Shown here piece by piece: positions 29,901-40,627 of a stretch of 51,961 bases of DNA (position 1 is the stretch's first letter; every line of letters starts with the position of its first letter). Position numbers and translations under genes: made by a program. Where the stretch lies: positions 1 to 51,961 of IMG/VR virus record IMGVR_UViG_3300043416_000423, one strand, 5' to 3'. The DNA is from a virus. Its lineage: Duplodnaviria > Caudoviricetes. Below the pieces are notes generated by a model, which saw nothing but the letters and a program-made list of their open reading frames with translations, searched no databases and was not told the origin of the DNA.

Positions 29901-32900
29901 TAGTCTGTATTATACGTTGCACCGAGTAAGTGATTTGCAAAAGTATCTACAAAGATGCCGTTCTTGAATCTGTCAAGTCCTGCATCATCAGGAATCTTAA
30001 GATCGATAGCAGCCTTTTCGAGCAATGAAAGTGAAGCATAATATTCAAGATTTGCAACTCTTTGCTTGATTGCTGCAATATCTTTCATTGTTGATCTTAC
30101 AACAGCAGTCTTTTTGATTGTGCTGGAAAGATCACGTCTTCCAATAATATTAGAATAAAAAGGAGAAATTGATGGATATGGTGAAACATACATCGAACCT
30201 AAAGTCATTGCTTTAGTATCTTTTGATAATGATGGTGTCACTGGATTTTCATCAGGAATACCTTCTATTGTAGAAACAGCGCCGTTGGTATTGATGATAA
30301 TAAGGTCTCGTCTTGCAAGATAATATTCATAATCAAAAGATATTTGTGAATATGCAGCAGGCAATCTCATACCATTAACATCATATTGATATGTTGTAGT
30401 TGTTGCAGGATTAACACTTGCACCAGAAACTGTTGTAGAATCTGTTGCTGTTATGCTCTTTAGAGGACGAAAATCAATGAAGTTTCTCAGATCATATTGA
30501 TTGCCTGTTGTTGGTGACTTATAAATTGGCAGTTCAGCAGTCTTGATCGTTGTTGATGATGTAATAGAATCATTGACAGGATACGAATCTATTGAAAAGA
30601 ATCCTTGTCCTGAAGTATAGCTTGTAGGCTCAAAATAATCTAGTCTGACCAGTAGATGACCGCTAGTGTCTCCTGATCTTGGAGCAATAGTAGCATGATC
30701 ATAAAATAAATCTCTCTGTCCATTATCGAACACAAATGAAGATGTTACATCTGTTCCTTGTGTATTTGAAGTAAATACAGATGTATCTCTTCTGATTTCT
30801 TTTATTTTATAAACATCAGGAATACCCAATGAGAATGGTCCGTTTGAAGTGTTAGCAACATTATTGGCAACATTGATTGCAACAAATCTATCTGGTTTGA
30901 GTGTTTTATTGATTTGCTCAGAACTTGTAGAAGAAACACGATATGTCACTGTAGCAGGAACTAGACCCCATAGTGATTCTTTTAGATCAAAAGAAAGTTG
31001 TGTTGCTGCTGTTGATGTTACTGTTCTTATTGCACCAGCAGTTGCACCTTTTATTGTCAGATCGATAATATCGCCTGTCTTATATACTTTCGTGTATCCA
31101 TTTCCAGCAATTGTTTGTCCTGGTGTAATGTTTGATGATACTGTCAGTGAAGTCGCAGAACCGATATTTTCAATATAATATGTTTCGGATATCCCATTAA
31201 TTTGAATCTTATCACCAACATTTAATCTATCAAAGTTTGTTCCTGAACCTGCTAGTGATCTTCCTGTATTTGAAGTTATCGTTCCTGCCAATGTTACGTT
31301 TGAATCTGCACTAACTGAAATTGTGATTTCTCTTTTTTGTGTAGCAGATAGTGTAGATGATCCATAAGGAAAATCATCAGCACCAGCAGGAAGTGCAACA
31401 GTAAACGTACCAGATGCAACATTTGATACTGTCGTTGTTTTTTTGTATGTAAATGTTGTATCAGATGATCCTGAAGGTTTAAGTGTTTTTACATATTTTG
31501 ATCCAACAGAGTAAAGTAGAGGAAGATCAGAAACTTCATTAAGAACAGCAGCATTTGATGAATTAAGAACAATGTCTGCACCCATATCTGCTGTAGATGC
31601 ATTATCAAAATATATGTTCTTAACATTAGAGAATGTGTTTGAACCAATCATATTAATATCAGAAAGATATATGTCAAATGTCGCAGATGGTGTTCCCATT
31701 GTACCAGTATTGTGATCAAGTGTTACAAGAGTTGCTTCACCAATCTTATTGCCTGTTTGTGATACTGTTGACCATGCCTTATTAGTTAATCTTGCTTGTG
31801 ATGTGTCATATAGCGACAATCTAACACCGATATCATGTGTCCATGATCCAGTGAATTCTTTAACAGTCACATATGAACCAATTGAAGCAGATGTAAGTTG
31901 TGAATTAATAGTTTCAAAGTTTGTTGATTTACGAACATTAATTCTATTTTGTGTTAAAAATTCTCTCTCATAACCCTGTACATAGAACAGTCCAGAAGAA
32001 ACATCAACAGTCAGTAGTTGTGAATTGCCACCGTTAGCTGATGAATATATACCACCATTTGTAGCATCTTTGATATTTTCGTGAACAGAGAGATTAAGTC
32101 CTCTGACGAAATAATCACCAGATTCGTCATATGTTCTCTTAGCTAGTTCATCTGCTAATATATTATATTCACTTCTTTCATTATTAGTAACAATAACACC
32201 ATCGTCTATTGTAAAAAGATTTACAAAGTTTGGAGAACCGACAGGATCAGAGAATTCTACAACAGTTAGTTCTGGATCAAGTTTAAGTCTATCTGCTCCT
32301 GGTGCAGAATAGTTTGATGATTCAAGTGCAGGATCAAGTAGACTTGCGTCATCTGTTGATCTGACAATAGTTTCTTTAATATTAAATCCGACTTTACACG
32401 TTGGATTTGAATTGTATCTATCTAGAACAATTGTTTGTGTTGGAAAATATATGAAATGTTGTTTGGCAAAAATAACACCTTCAGAGATTCTGAATGCTGA
32501 TCCTGTTCCTGTTGCATTATTAGAAACAACAATAAGTGTGCCTGCATTACACGTTAAAGTTTCTCCGGGCTGAAAAGTCTTAATTGACGTATTTGAATTA
32601 GAGACACCAAGATAATCCACATATATTGTTTTTGTGTTTGATGTTGTCTCTGTTCCATCAGCAACAATACTGATTTCTGCTCTGATATTAGTAGTATTGC
32701 CAGTGATAGTTTGATCAAGAAAGTCATTAATGTTTATTGTAGTATTTGAAGTATCAACGTCACGTACTTTAACATATTTTACAGGACCGCTTGTTGAAAC
32801 TGTAGAATATAAATCAAATTTGCCTGGGATAACAATGCTTCCCTCTTTAAACACATGCTTACCAAATCGATCAAGTTGACTTTGAAGAATTGTTTGTGAT

Positions 32901-33055
32901 TGTGTCAGTTCTCTTGCTTGAACAGCATAACCTGGACGATAAAGAATGCGATAAAAATTCTTAGCATCATCATAATCATCATGGTATGGTGCAACACTTA
33001 GGTCTGTAGTTAATCTTGAGTTTGCAAGTAAATCGCTATAGATTGTATTTGCCAT
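26984..33055 (-). CDS. Large VrlC-like (DUF4815-like) baseplate/structural protein
   Basis: PYHDDYD..KNFYRILYRPGYAVQARELTQ, APGADRLK, RTYDESGDY, DRFKNGIFVDTF. Confidence 0.88.
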   Translation of the reverse strand: MANTIYSDLLANSRLTTDLSVAPYHDDYDDAKNFYRILYRPGYAVQARELTQSQTILQSQLDRFGKHVFKEGSIVIPGKFDLYSTVSTSGPVKYVKVRDVDTSNTTININDFLDQTITGNTTNIRAEISIVADGTETTSNTKTIYVDYLGVSNSNTSIKTFQPGETLTCNAGTLIVVSNNATGTGSAFRISEGVIFAKQHFIYFPTQTIVLDRYNSNPTCKVGFNIKETIVRSTDDASLLDPALESSNYSAPGADRLKLDPELTVVEFSDPVGSPNFVNLFTIDDGVIVTNNERSEYNILADELAKRTYDESGDYFVRGLNLSVHENIKDATNGGIYSSANGGNSQLLTVDVSSGLFYVQGYEREFLTQNRINVRKSTNFETINSQLTSASIGSYVTVKEFTGSWTHDIGVRLSLYDTSQARLTNKAWSTVSQTGNKIGEATLVTLDHNTGTMGTPSATFDIYLSDINMIGSNTFSNVKNIYFDNASTADMGADIVLNSSNAAVLNEVSDLPLLYSVGSKYVKTLKPSGSSDTTFTYKKTTTVSNVASGTFTVALPAGADDFPYGSSTLSATQKREITISVSADSNVTLAGTITSNTGRSLAGSGTNFDRLNVGDKIQINGISETYYIENIGSATSLTVSSNITPGQTIAGNGYTKVYKTGDIIDLTIKGATAGAIRTVTSTAATQLSFDLKESLWGLVPATVTYRVSSTSSEQINKTLKPDRFVAINVANNVANTSNGPFSLGIPDVYKIKEIRRDTSVFTSNTQGTDVTSSFVFDNGQRDLFYDHATIAPRSGDTSGHLLVRLDYFEPTSYTSGQGFFSIDSYPVNDSITSSTTIKTAELPIYKSPTTGNQYDLRNFIDFRPLKSITATDSTTVSGASVNPATTTTYQYDVNGMRLPAAYSQISFDYEYYLARRDLIIINTNGAVSTIEGIPDENPVTPSLSKDTKAMTLGSMYVSPYPSISPFYSNIIGRRDLSSTIKKTAVVRSTMKDIAAIKQRVANLEYYASLSLLEKAAIDLKIPDDAGLDRFKNGIFVDTFANHLLGATYNTDYRIVVDPDEKSIRPIYTIESIDYEYLTGTNVVKTGNIITLDYDEVEYMNLSSVTTNRNTERTTYRFNGQMTLLPETDVWVDTQTAPDNTVTFPVEFTGVNNSIPFDENAAGITTTWNAWQRHVTGYKVYRGAGTNQSELVGTYATLDAANAIAQSQPPGSSVTVETLFDDRRSGVQNYNATDTDTVSLGESVIDVSIQPYIRPQDLIIKVEGLKQYAQHWPFFDGKGMSNWSTPLTLNEYQILTGNTSFSIGQTLDSGNRYYGGRYITGISTKEGNALYANDTGNLYFKLRLPEGTERRFTTGQKRIDLIDTLTGTNDADNTSYAKGYFFAEGLSQVKQETTLSTRSQITNSRALSQKVAGSSATTIETPIIIDEPVSLPLCTRGNPQVTDSYGSLICIDPMAGWFCLAYAFNVSAPGADEGIFVTSIDVFVQAKHPTLGAWFEIYETNGAGQIIPNQVPFSEVHIANSDIPISTNGIDNPLKVTFKAPVFLQKSKYYAFIIHPAAGNANLYLWASRIGETDINTGNQVTSRAYTGRMYTTNNGMIWDVVPDIDLTMKVYRASFDASTDGVFTIGNRGKEKFILNDVSSSITQYGQNFISCDKLTLSGISGGTINVTNRIIGSNSSVNATVISVSSDSIYANVANVGFISGEPITIQFANGVSKGVTGNISSFVTRKSAKLQKATTKASEILTIFTDSTGSFSVNDRIISENRVTANIGVIDKFRYSVADFEPTFLDFRNTLINFKMQTVSNTGTVGSYIDINPNDNYQFSDERALYSRSTNKYTNNVQVTMSSTSDYVSPVFDLAKTQTLLIDNIVNSNTYNENLSSGGYLYNKYISKTITLAEGQDAEDMQVILTSYRPPNTDVKVWIRLLNAEDTGTAFAQRTWIEMEKVNDGDAVYSSQSNKNDFIEYTYKFPSANLTGTNGEVQYLGNDGVTTFTGYKNFAIKIGILSDNSAIVPRVADLRTICLQM

Positions 33056-33071
33056 TTTTATTCTTTTTCCT

Positions 33072-34400
33072 CTAATACTTCAATACGATTTGAAAATCTT
33101 CAATTTGATCGTTTGATCTAACAACAGGTTTTATGTTGTCAACATACAGTATTCTACCAGAATATTTTTTTAATAAACCATCTGTTTTCGATGTTGTTAC
33201 TTTAACCACAAAACTTGTCAAACCAATCAATGATTGTTGTAGTGTTAATGTTCCTGTATTATTTATAAGCAAAAGTTTACTTGTAACAGAATTCCAAGAA
33301 ACAACACGACCAGTAAATGTTGCCGTTCCTAAACTTGCACCCTGATAAACAATTTCATCTTCTGAATAATTGCCCACACCATCACAAATTACTGATGTTG
33401 CCTGAACAAATGCAATATTAGTGGCTACATTTGTTGTCAAATTAATGTATGGGTCTTTGAGTATTGCGATTTGTCTATAATCATTTGTTGTTGGTAATAT
33501 GCCCTCTTCATCATAACGAAGTTTTGCATCTATGATTACATTCTTACCACCAAGTTCATAAACAGGATCAGAACCATGACCACCAAGAGGTGATATGATT
33601 GCTTTAGCAGTTGCATTGGAACCAGCACCTGCATCTGTTATAGTAACAGTTGCATGAGTATAACCTGTTCCACTATCTGTTATATTAATTGTTGAAATAG
33701 TATTTGATATTGAATTAATTGTTGCTTCTGCTGCTGCTGAGGTACCGTCGCCTGATATCGATACAACAATATTTGAAACGTTACTATAATTGTTTCCACT
33801 ATTTGTGACAAAAATTGTATTAATTGAACCATCGATAGCATTTTCTTGAACCTGCCATTGCAGTGATCCATCATCTGTTGTGAGTGTTTTAACGGGAATG
33901 TATTCAGAAGTTACAAATCGTATTTTTTCAGCATCAGATAGTGTATACATATATTTCCAAGAGTAACCATCACCTGTTGTGCTAACAATTTCTGGATTTA
34001 CAGATGTTGGTTCAGATGTAGAAATTTTTCCATTATTATTTGAAATGCATTTATATACAGAGTAAGAAGAATTCATGATATAGAATTTTGTGTTTGTATC
34101 AAATAAGTCAGAACGCATATGATCGTAGGCATCGTAGTTTGTACCAGATGTCCAATTTATTCTAGGTATTGCAAGAGATATATCACCACCTAATATTCTT
34201 TTACCTCCTATCATATTATTCCACACTTCATATACAGTAGCAATTGATGTATTAGATACGTTAGGAGAAGCATCATTTACCCATGCATCTGTTTTACCAA
34301 ACACAAGAAATAGTTTGGTGTTGGGTGATGGTTCGGAGACAGATTCTTTTAATTGTTCAGCATTATTGATTCGTAAATCAATAAAGGTAGAAGATGACAT
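33072..34400 (-). CDS. gp8: Baseplate wedge subunit
   Basis: IPRINW, VYKCISN, DGYSWKYMY, GGHGSDPVYELG, SGRILYVDN. Confidence 0.92.
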   Translation of the reverse strand: MSSSTFIDLRINNAEQLKESVSEPSPNTKLFLVFGKTDAWVNDASPNVSNTSIATVYEVWNNMIGGKRILGGDISLAIPRINWTSGTNYDAYDHMRSDLFDTNTKFYIMNSSYSVYKCISNNNGKISTSEPTSVNPEIVSTTGDGYSWKYMYTLSDAEKIRFVTSEYIPVKTLTTDDGSLQWQVQENAIDGSINTIFVTNSGNNYSNVSNIVVSISGDGTSAAAEATINSISNTISTINITDSGTGYTHATVTITDAGAGSNATAKAIISPLGGHGSDPVYELGGKNVIIDAKLRYDEEGILPTTNDYRQIAILKDPYINLTTNVATNIAFVQATSVICDGVGNYSEDEIVYQGASLGTATFTGRVVSWNSVTSKLLLINNTGTLTLQQSLIGLTSFVVKVTTSKTDGLLKKYSGRILYVDNIKPVVRSNDQIEDFQIVLKY

Positions 34401-34431
34401 GAATTAATCCCTTGTCTAAGTCTGTTATTTA

Positions 34432-36726
34432 TTATTGATATATACCAACAATGACATTTCCTGTTGTACTATTTTGATATGAAATAGACACATTGAAAGT
34501 TGCAGCAACAGAGTTTGATCCATTTGCAGTTATTATTGGAACTCTTGTGAATGACATTCCTGGTTCATTCAATGTAACAGATACTATTGATCCATTTGCA
34601 TTTGTTGTATATGTTCCATTTGCGCCTATACCATTACCTGTTATTACAAGATAACTGTTCGAATTATATAGTTGTCCTGCGTTATTAATTGTTATATTAG
34701 AAATATTTGATGTTTGAATTACTGTAAAGAAGTTTGTTTGTGCGTTAGAAATCATATAGATACCATTTCTAACATTACTATATCCGCCTGAAGTGAATTC
34801 AAGAGTAACGTTGCTGTTTTGAGATAAACCATGTGTTGTGTAAGATACATTTATTGTATTTCCTGTTTTCACATATGTTTTATCTACTGCTGTTCTTCTT
34901 AGAGAATCTATTGCAGTTGTTGATGTTTGTGTCGCTACTTTCTTATATGTTACTTCACCCCAAAGTTTTAGTCCTGATGGATGAATAAGATTCTTGACTG
35001 CATCACGATATGATGATATATTTTTATTGCTACGTATGACATAAGAGAAGTTTTGATAATAATCACGATCCTGTAGAAAATTATAAGAACTGATATGTCC
35101 GTCATCATTAAGATATCTACCAGGGTAAGTATAGACACCAGAAAGAGTTGTTACTGATGCTTGTGCTGTTCCATCACCAGAACCAGAAAGATCGATTGTT
35201 GTATTACTTTCATATCCAGATCCACGATTTTGTATAACGACTCTCTGTATTGAACCAATAGAAGAAGATATTGATATAAGTTCTGCGCCAGAACTTAGAA
35301 TACTCTTTACAATAATATTAGCACCAGTGCCTGTAGTTGTTAAAACATTAGCACGTGGCAAATAAGTATCACTATATCCAGAACCACCTACAGTATGTCC
35401 AGGCAATGGTTTAAATTTCACAGATGTGATGCTACCAGATGCATTAACACTCACAACATTTCCTACTGCACCTGTACCATAATTACCAGGAACATTGATA
35501 AATTCAATAGTATCACCAGCAGTATAACTCATACCACCATTAACAATTTCCATTCTTCCTAAAATACCCAAAGAATAAATTACAGTATTTGCTTCTACTG
35601 CTAGTGCTGGATTTGATGAATATCCTGCTCCTGGTGTTATGACCAAGACTTGTGTGACTGGACCTGTATTTGAATATGTCCAAAAACTGACAGCATTTGC
35701 TATTGTAACATTGGCATTAGAAGAACTTAGATTACTATAGACAGCATTATTGATAGGTGTGTTTGCTTCTAATGAGATAGTGCTAGATACGATATTATAT
35801 GAATTAGGATGAATACTTTCAGTAAGACTAATAGATAAAACGTTTGCAGATGCTCCACTACCACCACCACCAGTAATTGATACATTAGCACCTTTTCTGT
35901 ATCCTGCACCACCGTTAACAACTGAAATAGATGCTATGTTTCCTGTTGATACTGATGAAATAGTAGCAATAGCACCTGTGCCGGTATTACTTACTATAAT
36001 AACAGGATTGCCAATCTGATATCCTGTACCAGCATTTGTTATTGTTATGCTGTTGATGATTCCACCAAAAGTATTGGAACTCAGATATTCTGTATCTTTT
36101 AATGAATAAATTTCTTCATTGTTCAAGAATGATCTGTTGATTGAAGAAAGAATTAATTCATCAATTTGTGTGCCCTTCTCAAAATATCTATCAACACTTT
36201 CAACTGTGGCTGATGCTTGACTTGTTTTGCCTGTAACTCTGGTGCCAATAAATTTCTCTAAAGCAGTGAACATAGAGTTTGAAACATTAGCAACTTTGGT
36301 ATCTGTTACTCTCAACGATCTCTGTATATTCCATTTACCATCAGAAGCCCTAAGAACATCTTTTTTGGGATAATAGAACTCAATTTCTTCATTATAAAGA
36401 ATACGCATCAAAAACTGTGTTGCTTTTTCTGTACCCTTAGCACGATAGAAATCTTTGATATTTTTGATTAGAAGATTCTTGTCAACCTGAACATCTTTTG
36501 GTATGTAGGGCATAAATGTTTCATACAGCTTCAGTGCATATTGATCTTCTGTTAGATCAACATCTCTATATGTTCTTATGTTCTTTGCTACATTAACAGT
36601 TTTATTTGATTGCTCTAGATACTCATAGTATGCTTCTAAAAACAGAATAAAATTAGGATTCTCGTTCCTTACGAAAAACGGAAGTTGTGATGCTATGAGA
36701 TTGCTTATTCTGTTATTGCTATACAT
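34432..36726 (-). CDS. gp7: Baseplate wedge initiator
   Basis: QLPFFV, FLEAYYEYLE, IKDFYRAKGT, LQDRDYYQNFSYVI, LIHPSG. Confidence 0.85.
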   Translation of the reverse strand: MYSNNRISNLIASQLPFFVRNENPNFILFLEAYYEYLEQSNKTVNVAKNIRTYRDVDLTEDQYALKLYETFMPYIPKDVQVDKNLLIKNIKDFYRAKGTEKATQFLMRILYNEEIEFYYPKKDVLRASDGKWNIQRSLRVTDTKVANVSNSMFTALEKFIGTRVTGKTSQASATVESVDRYFEKGTQIDELILSSINRSFLNNEEIYSLKDTEYLSSNTFGGIINSITITNAGTGYQIGNPVIIVSNTGTGAIATISSVSTGNIASISVVNGGAGYRKGANVSITGGGGSGASANVLSISLTESIHPNSYNIVSSTISLEANTPINNAVYSNLSSSNANVTIANAVSFWTYSNTGPVTQVLVITPGAGYSSNPALAVEANTVIYSLGILGRMEIVNGGMSYTAGDTIEFINVPGNYGTGAVGNVVSVNASGSITSVKFKPLPGHTVGGSGYSDTYLPRANVLTTTGTGANIIVKSILSSGAELISISSSIGSIQRVVIQNRGSGYESNTTIDLSGSGDGTAQASVTTLSGVYTYPGRYLNDDGHISSYNFLQDRDYYQNFSYVIRSNKNISSYRDAVKNLIHPSGLKLWGEVTYKKVATQTSTTAIDSLRRTAVDKTYVKTGNTINVSYTTHGLSQNSNVTLEFTSGGYSNVRNGIYMISNAQTNFFTVIQTSNISNITINNAGQLYNSNSYLVITGNGIGANGTYTTNANGSIVSVTLNEPGMSFTRVPIITANGSNSVAATFNVSISYQNSTTGNVIVGIYQ

Positions 36727-38801
36727 TATTCAGCCAATGCTGTAAGTTGAATGCTGCGTGCATCAGATGTGTCAATACTTAGTATACGATTTCTAAGTGT
36801 AAAAATAATTTCATTTTCTGCTGATACTGTGAATGTTAGATATCCATCCTCATAGAAATCATTCTCTATGACATTTGTTGTTCTCAGACTATTAATTGTA
36901 ATTATTCCAGAATCATAATCGATTGTGCCAAAGTTAGAATTGACGATAACTTTCTCACGATTTGTCTTATAGTAGAAAGATCGCAATGTTCCCTTTCTTG
37001 ATTGAAGTATTGGTCTTACCGATGCACCAACACCTTCTCCACCAGAAAGTTCAATAACAGCAGATGAATAGTTTTGTCCTGGATTTGTCACTGTTATTTT
37101 TTGTATTTTACCACCAACGACCTGTGCTGTTGCTGTCGCACCAGAACCATCTCCTATTATTGTAACTGTAGGTGCTGATGTGTAATTGATTCCACCATTA
37201 ACGATTTCAACACCGTCGATACCTGTATTAATAACAGGAGTTTCTTCAGCGAATACATTTCGTGCAACACCAGCAGAATCAAAAACAGTTATCTCAGGAT
37301 AAGTATGAAGAATATTATCTGTGAATAGTGTCTTAGCAAGAGGCATATTGAAATTGATTGTATATGTTCTTGTTCTGAGAGTATCAATCAACACACGCTT
37401 TTGAACTAGGACGTCAATATCTGAACCTGTTATTGATCGTTCTGCATTTTCAATAAACGATTGTAGTTTAGACTTACGAAAAACAGAATTGAATTGATTC
37501 AGATCATCATCAGAATAATCTTCTGTTGCTGCTTTTGATATCTGCTGAATTTCGTCTGCACTTAATGATGTGAGTTTTGAATCATAGAACACTTTTCCTC
37601 TTATGATGATATAAGTGAAATCAGGATCAATGATTTCTGGTGTGACTGTGAGGACATTTCTCTTTTGTATAAGTTCTTGTTTAATTGTTTCTTTTTCTAG
37701 ATTTGTTAATTGATAATTTCCTCTTGTCTTTAGTGATATGAAAACTTTACCATATACTACAGGATCATTATCTTCACCACCCCATACAGATACTGCTTCA
37801 ATATTATTGTAATCTTTAAGAAGTAATGTTTCATAATCATTCTTAGTAACAGCACGATTCTGTGTTGTATAGAAATATGGAGCACGGAATCTTACTTGTT
37901 CAATGCCTTCTTTATCAATACCACCATAAGAACCTGTTGTTGATGATACTATAATATTATCAGTATAACCACCTATATCTTGGGTAAATACGAATCTTGA
38001 AATATTATTAGTAACTGCTCCAGAATTATCTAGGTATGTGCAAATGATGATATTACCATTTTTAGGTTTTTTGCCTATAACATCATCACCAAAATAGAAT
38101 GTATAATTTTGTTTCTCATTTTCTTCAATGAAATACACGGATGAATTTGATGTGATCTCAGTAATGTCTTCGACAAGATTGTATATTGTCGTATCAGTAT
38201 TAGATGATGATTCTTGCACATCTATGACGATAGTTTCAGTATCAACATTCGCTGATGGTATTTCAAATCTTCTTGTTTCATTACCAGAGTCCATCAGGTA
38301 TTGTAGTGTGATAACTTCACCCTGTTTAATGTTTACATTAGAAAAACTAAATGTACCAGTGTTCTTTGATATAGTATTGGAATAAAGAGTAATGAAAGGA
38401 TAATTAACACCATCTTTATCTGTGCCGAGTAGACGTGTATATTTGTTTAGTGTTAATGATGTGGATGTATTATCTTCAGCATTAGATGGTGTTACTTTAA
38501 TATTTACTTTAGCAAGAGCACCCTGTGAGCTTCCTGGTACATAGTTCATTAATTTAGCGTGAGAGATGATTGATTCTCTAAGTTGTGCAGTATCAAGAAA
38601 CATCTCATTACCTACCATATTCAGATAATATGACATATAATGAGTATTATATGCAAGAATATCCAGAAGAACAGACATACCAGAACCTTCAAAGTCAAAA
38701 TCAGAAAAAGAATTTTGTGATCTTAGATAGTTCTTTAGGTTTTCTTTGATTTCAAGAAAATCAAGTTCTGAAACTCTTAAGGCTGCTTTTTCTGTAGACA
38801 T
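36726..38801 (-). CDS. gp6: Baseplate wedge subunit
   Basis: DFDFEGSGMSVLLDILAYNTHY, QNRAVTKNDY, VWGGEDNDPVVYGKVFIS. Confidence 0.95.
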   Translation of the reverse strand: MSTEKAALRVSELDFLEIKENLKNYLRSQNSFSDFDFEGSGMSVLLDILAYNTHYMSYYLNMVGNEMFLDTAQLRESIISHAKLMNYVPGSSQGALAKVNIKVTPSNAEDNTSTSLTLNKYTRLLGTDKDGVNYPFITLYSNTISKNTGTFSFSNVNIKQGEVITLQYLMDSGNETRRFEIPSANVDTETIVIDVQESSSNTDTTIYNLVEDITEITSNSSVYFIEENEKQNYTFYFGDDVIGKKPKNGNIIICTYLDNSGAVTNNISRFVFTQDIGGYTDNIIVSSTTGSYGGIDKEGIEQVRFRAPYFYTTQNRAVTKNDYETLLLKDYNNIEAVSVWGGEDNDPVVYGKVFISLKTRGNYQLTNLEKETIKQELIQKRNVLTVTPEIIDPDFTYIIIRGKVFYDSKLTSLSADEIQQISKAATEDYSDDDLNQFNSVFRKSKLQSFIENAERSITGSDIDVLVQKRVLIDTLRTRTYTINFNMPLAKTLFTDNILHTYPEITVFDSAGVARNVFAEETPVINTGIDGVEIVNGGINYTSAPTVTIIGDGSGATATAQVVGGKIQKITVTNPGQNYSSAVIELSGGEGVGASVRPILQSRKGTLRSFYYKTNREKVIVNSNFGTIDYDSGIITINSLRTTNVIENDFYEDGYLTFTVSAENEIIFTLRNRILSIDTSDARSIQLTALAE

Positions 38802-39410
38802 TTAGTTTATTGCCTCTTTTGTTTTCTTCATATGCCATTCTGATTTTTTCATAGATTCACGCATTTTTTGTTTTGTTTCTTCTGATACAGGTCTACCATA
38901 ATATTTTTTGTGTTTTTTGCCTGTCATAGATTCACTCATTTTTTGTTTTGTTTCTTTTGTGTGTTTTTTACCTAACCATGGTTTTGTATTATTATCTCTC
39001 ATTCTTTGTTTTGTTATCTCATTTCTCTTTTTACCAACATTAGAAATTTTCATTTTTTCTCTAGTTTCTGGTAATATTGTTTTATTTTTATGTGATTTTG
39101 ACATCTTTTGTCTTGTTTCTTTGGTATGTCCAGCACAAAAAAACTTCCCATCACCATTGTTCATATTATAGAATTGTTCGTTCAATGCCGCATTAGATGA
39201 TTTTAAAATTTCAGCTTCTAATTTTCTTATATCTTTTAAACAACCTTCAGCTATGATTTGTCTGGAAAAATCATCTGGTCTCTTTTTGTATTCTTCAAGC
39301 ATAATTTTAGAAGAACATATATAGCCATCATCTAAAGAACCCTTATGTGAACCAACATATAGTTTGTTTGTTCTATGATCAGTCCAACAATAAACAAATG
39401 CTTCTGTCAT
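38802..39410 (-). CDS. Free-standing Seg-like GIY-YIG homing endonuclease with NUMOD3 repeats
   Basis: AFVYCWTD...LYVGSHKG..DDGYICSS; repeated HTKETRQKMS motifs. Confidence 0.9.
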   Translation of the reverse strand: MTEAFVYCWTDHRTNKLYVGSHKGSLDDGYICSSKIMLEEYKKRPDDFSRQIIAEGCLKDIRKLEAEILKSSNAALNEQFYNMNNGDGKFFCAGHTKETRQKMSKSHKNKTILPETREKMKISNVGKKRNEITKQRMRDNNTKPWLGKKHTKETKQKMSESMTGKKHKKYYGRPVSEETKQKMRESMKKSEWHMKKTKEAIN

Positions 39411-39412
39411 TT

Positions 39413-39832
39413 TTATCTAAGTCTTTCCAGGAAGAGTGAAATTACTGCTGGTGCACCAGTATTTATTAATGAAAAAGTCAATCTAACATTATAGCCATTA
39501 TCGTCAGGATTAACAGAAACAATTACACCGTCTGTTTGATCATCTGCTAATTTCACTCTTGGTTCAAAGTTAGTAATTACTTCAATGATAGCGTCTTTAA
39601 GGAATGTAGCAGTAAATGGATTAATATTATCAAATAGAATCTTCTGTGCATTAGAACCTATTCCAGGTCTGAAAGGTCTATCATAATAATTAGTCATTAT
39701 TAGATTTCTGATTGATCTTTTGATAGCATCAAGACCTGTTTTCTTAACAACATCGCCTGTAGTAGGATGTGCTAAGAAATCAAGGTCTAGGTCCGAATAA
39801 TCTTTTTTTCTTGTAACTTTTTGTACTGTCAT
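39413..39832 (-). CDS. gp25: Baseplate wedge subunit
   Basis: YSDLDLDF, AIKRSIRNLIMT...RPF, NFEPRV. Confidence 0.93.
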   Translation of the reverse strand: MTVQKVTRKKDYSDLDLDFLAHPTTGDVVKKTGLDAIKRSIRNLIMTNYYDRPFRPGIGSNAQKILFDNINPFTATFLKDAIIEVITNFEPRVKLADDQTDGVIVSVNPDDNGYNVRLTFSLINTGAPAVISLFLERLR

Positions 39833-39840
39833 CTACTTAT

Positions 39841-40617
39841 TTATGCTCGCGCTGATGGTTCTGTTGTTGTTGAGCCTTCAGGTCTACTTGTCCAGACAGC
39901 TTGTGGTTGTTTTGCTTGACCGGAATTGATATAAACTTTACCGTCTTTTATTGCAATTTGTCCACTACCACCAATCATATGTACTTCACTACCTTTTACA
40001 GCAACTTCTTTAGATGCTTGCATAACAGCAGCACCAGCAGAAGCATTCATACCAACAGAACCTTCTTTAGATGAAAGAGTAGCTGAACCTACAGCTGAAA
40101 CAGTTGCAGGTCCATCTGTTGCTTGTATCAAAGCAGATTTTGTTTTTGCTGTAAATGATTGTGCTGCTATGTCAAAATGTTCTCCGGCAGTAACAGAAAC
40201 AGATTTAGCTGTTGTTACAGACTTGCCTTTCACGCTATTTTCATCATCACCATTTGTTGTTGTTCTTCTACTACCCTCAGTCTTATAGCTAGAATCACCA
40301 CGAACTGTAGTATCTTGTGCACCTGTAACTAATGATCTATGCTGTCCGAAAGTAGTATCTGTTTTACCTTTTGATGCAACAGTCTGTATTCCACCATTAG
40401 GTAAAAATTGAATCATAGATCCTGATCTATGTTGCATAGAAATAGATTCATTTCCTTTTGTGTCATCAACTCTTAAAGGAATGTTGCCTGTTCTGGTTTG
40501 CCATACAAAATAGTTTGGATATAGACCACCAGATTTATTAGCATCTGGTGGTTGCGGCCATTTTGGTGGCGTCTTTTTTCTATTATTTTGGCCATCATTG
40601 CCATATTTTTTTGCCAT
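39841..40617 (-). CDS. gp5 C-terminal-like spike protein (beta-helix part)
   Basis: YPN...TRTG...DDTKGNESI...HRSGS motif and V-x-G repeats. Confidence 0.7.
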   Translation of the reverse strand: MAKKYGNDGQNNRKKTPPKWPQPPDANKSGGLYPNYFVWQTRTGNIPLRVDDTKGNESISMQHRSGSMIQFLPNGGIQTVASKGKTDTTFGQHRSLVTGAQDTTVRGDSSYKTEGSRRTTTNGDDENSVKGKSVTTAKSVSVTAGEHFDIAAQSFTAKTKSALIQATDGPATVSAVGSATLSSKEGSVGMNASAGAAVMQASKEVAVKGSEVHMIGGSGQIAIKDGKVYINSGQAKQPQAVWTSRPEGSTTTEPSARA

Positions 40618-40627
40618 CTATTTCTCC

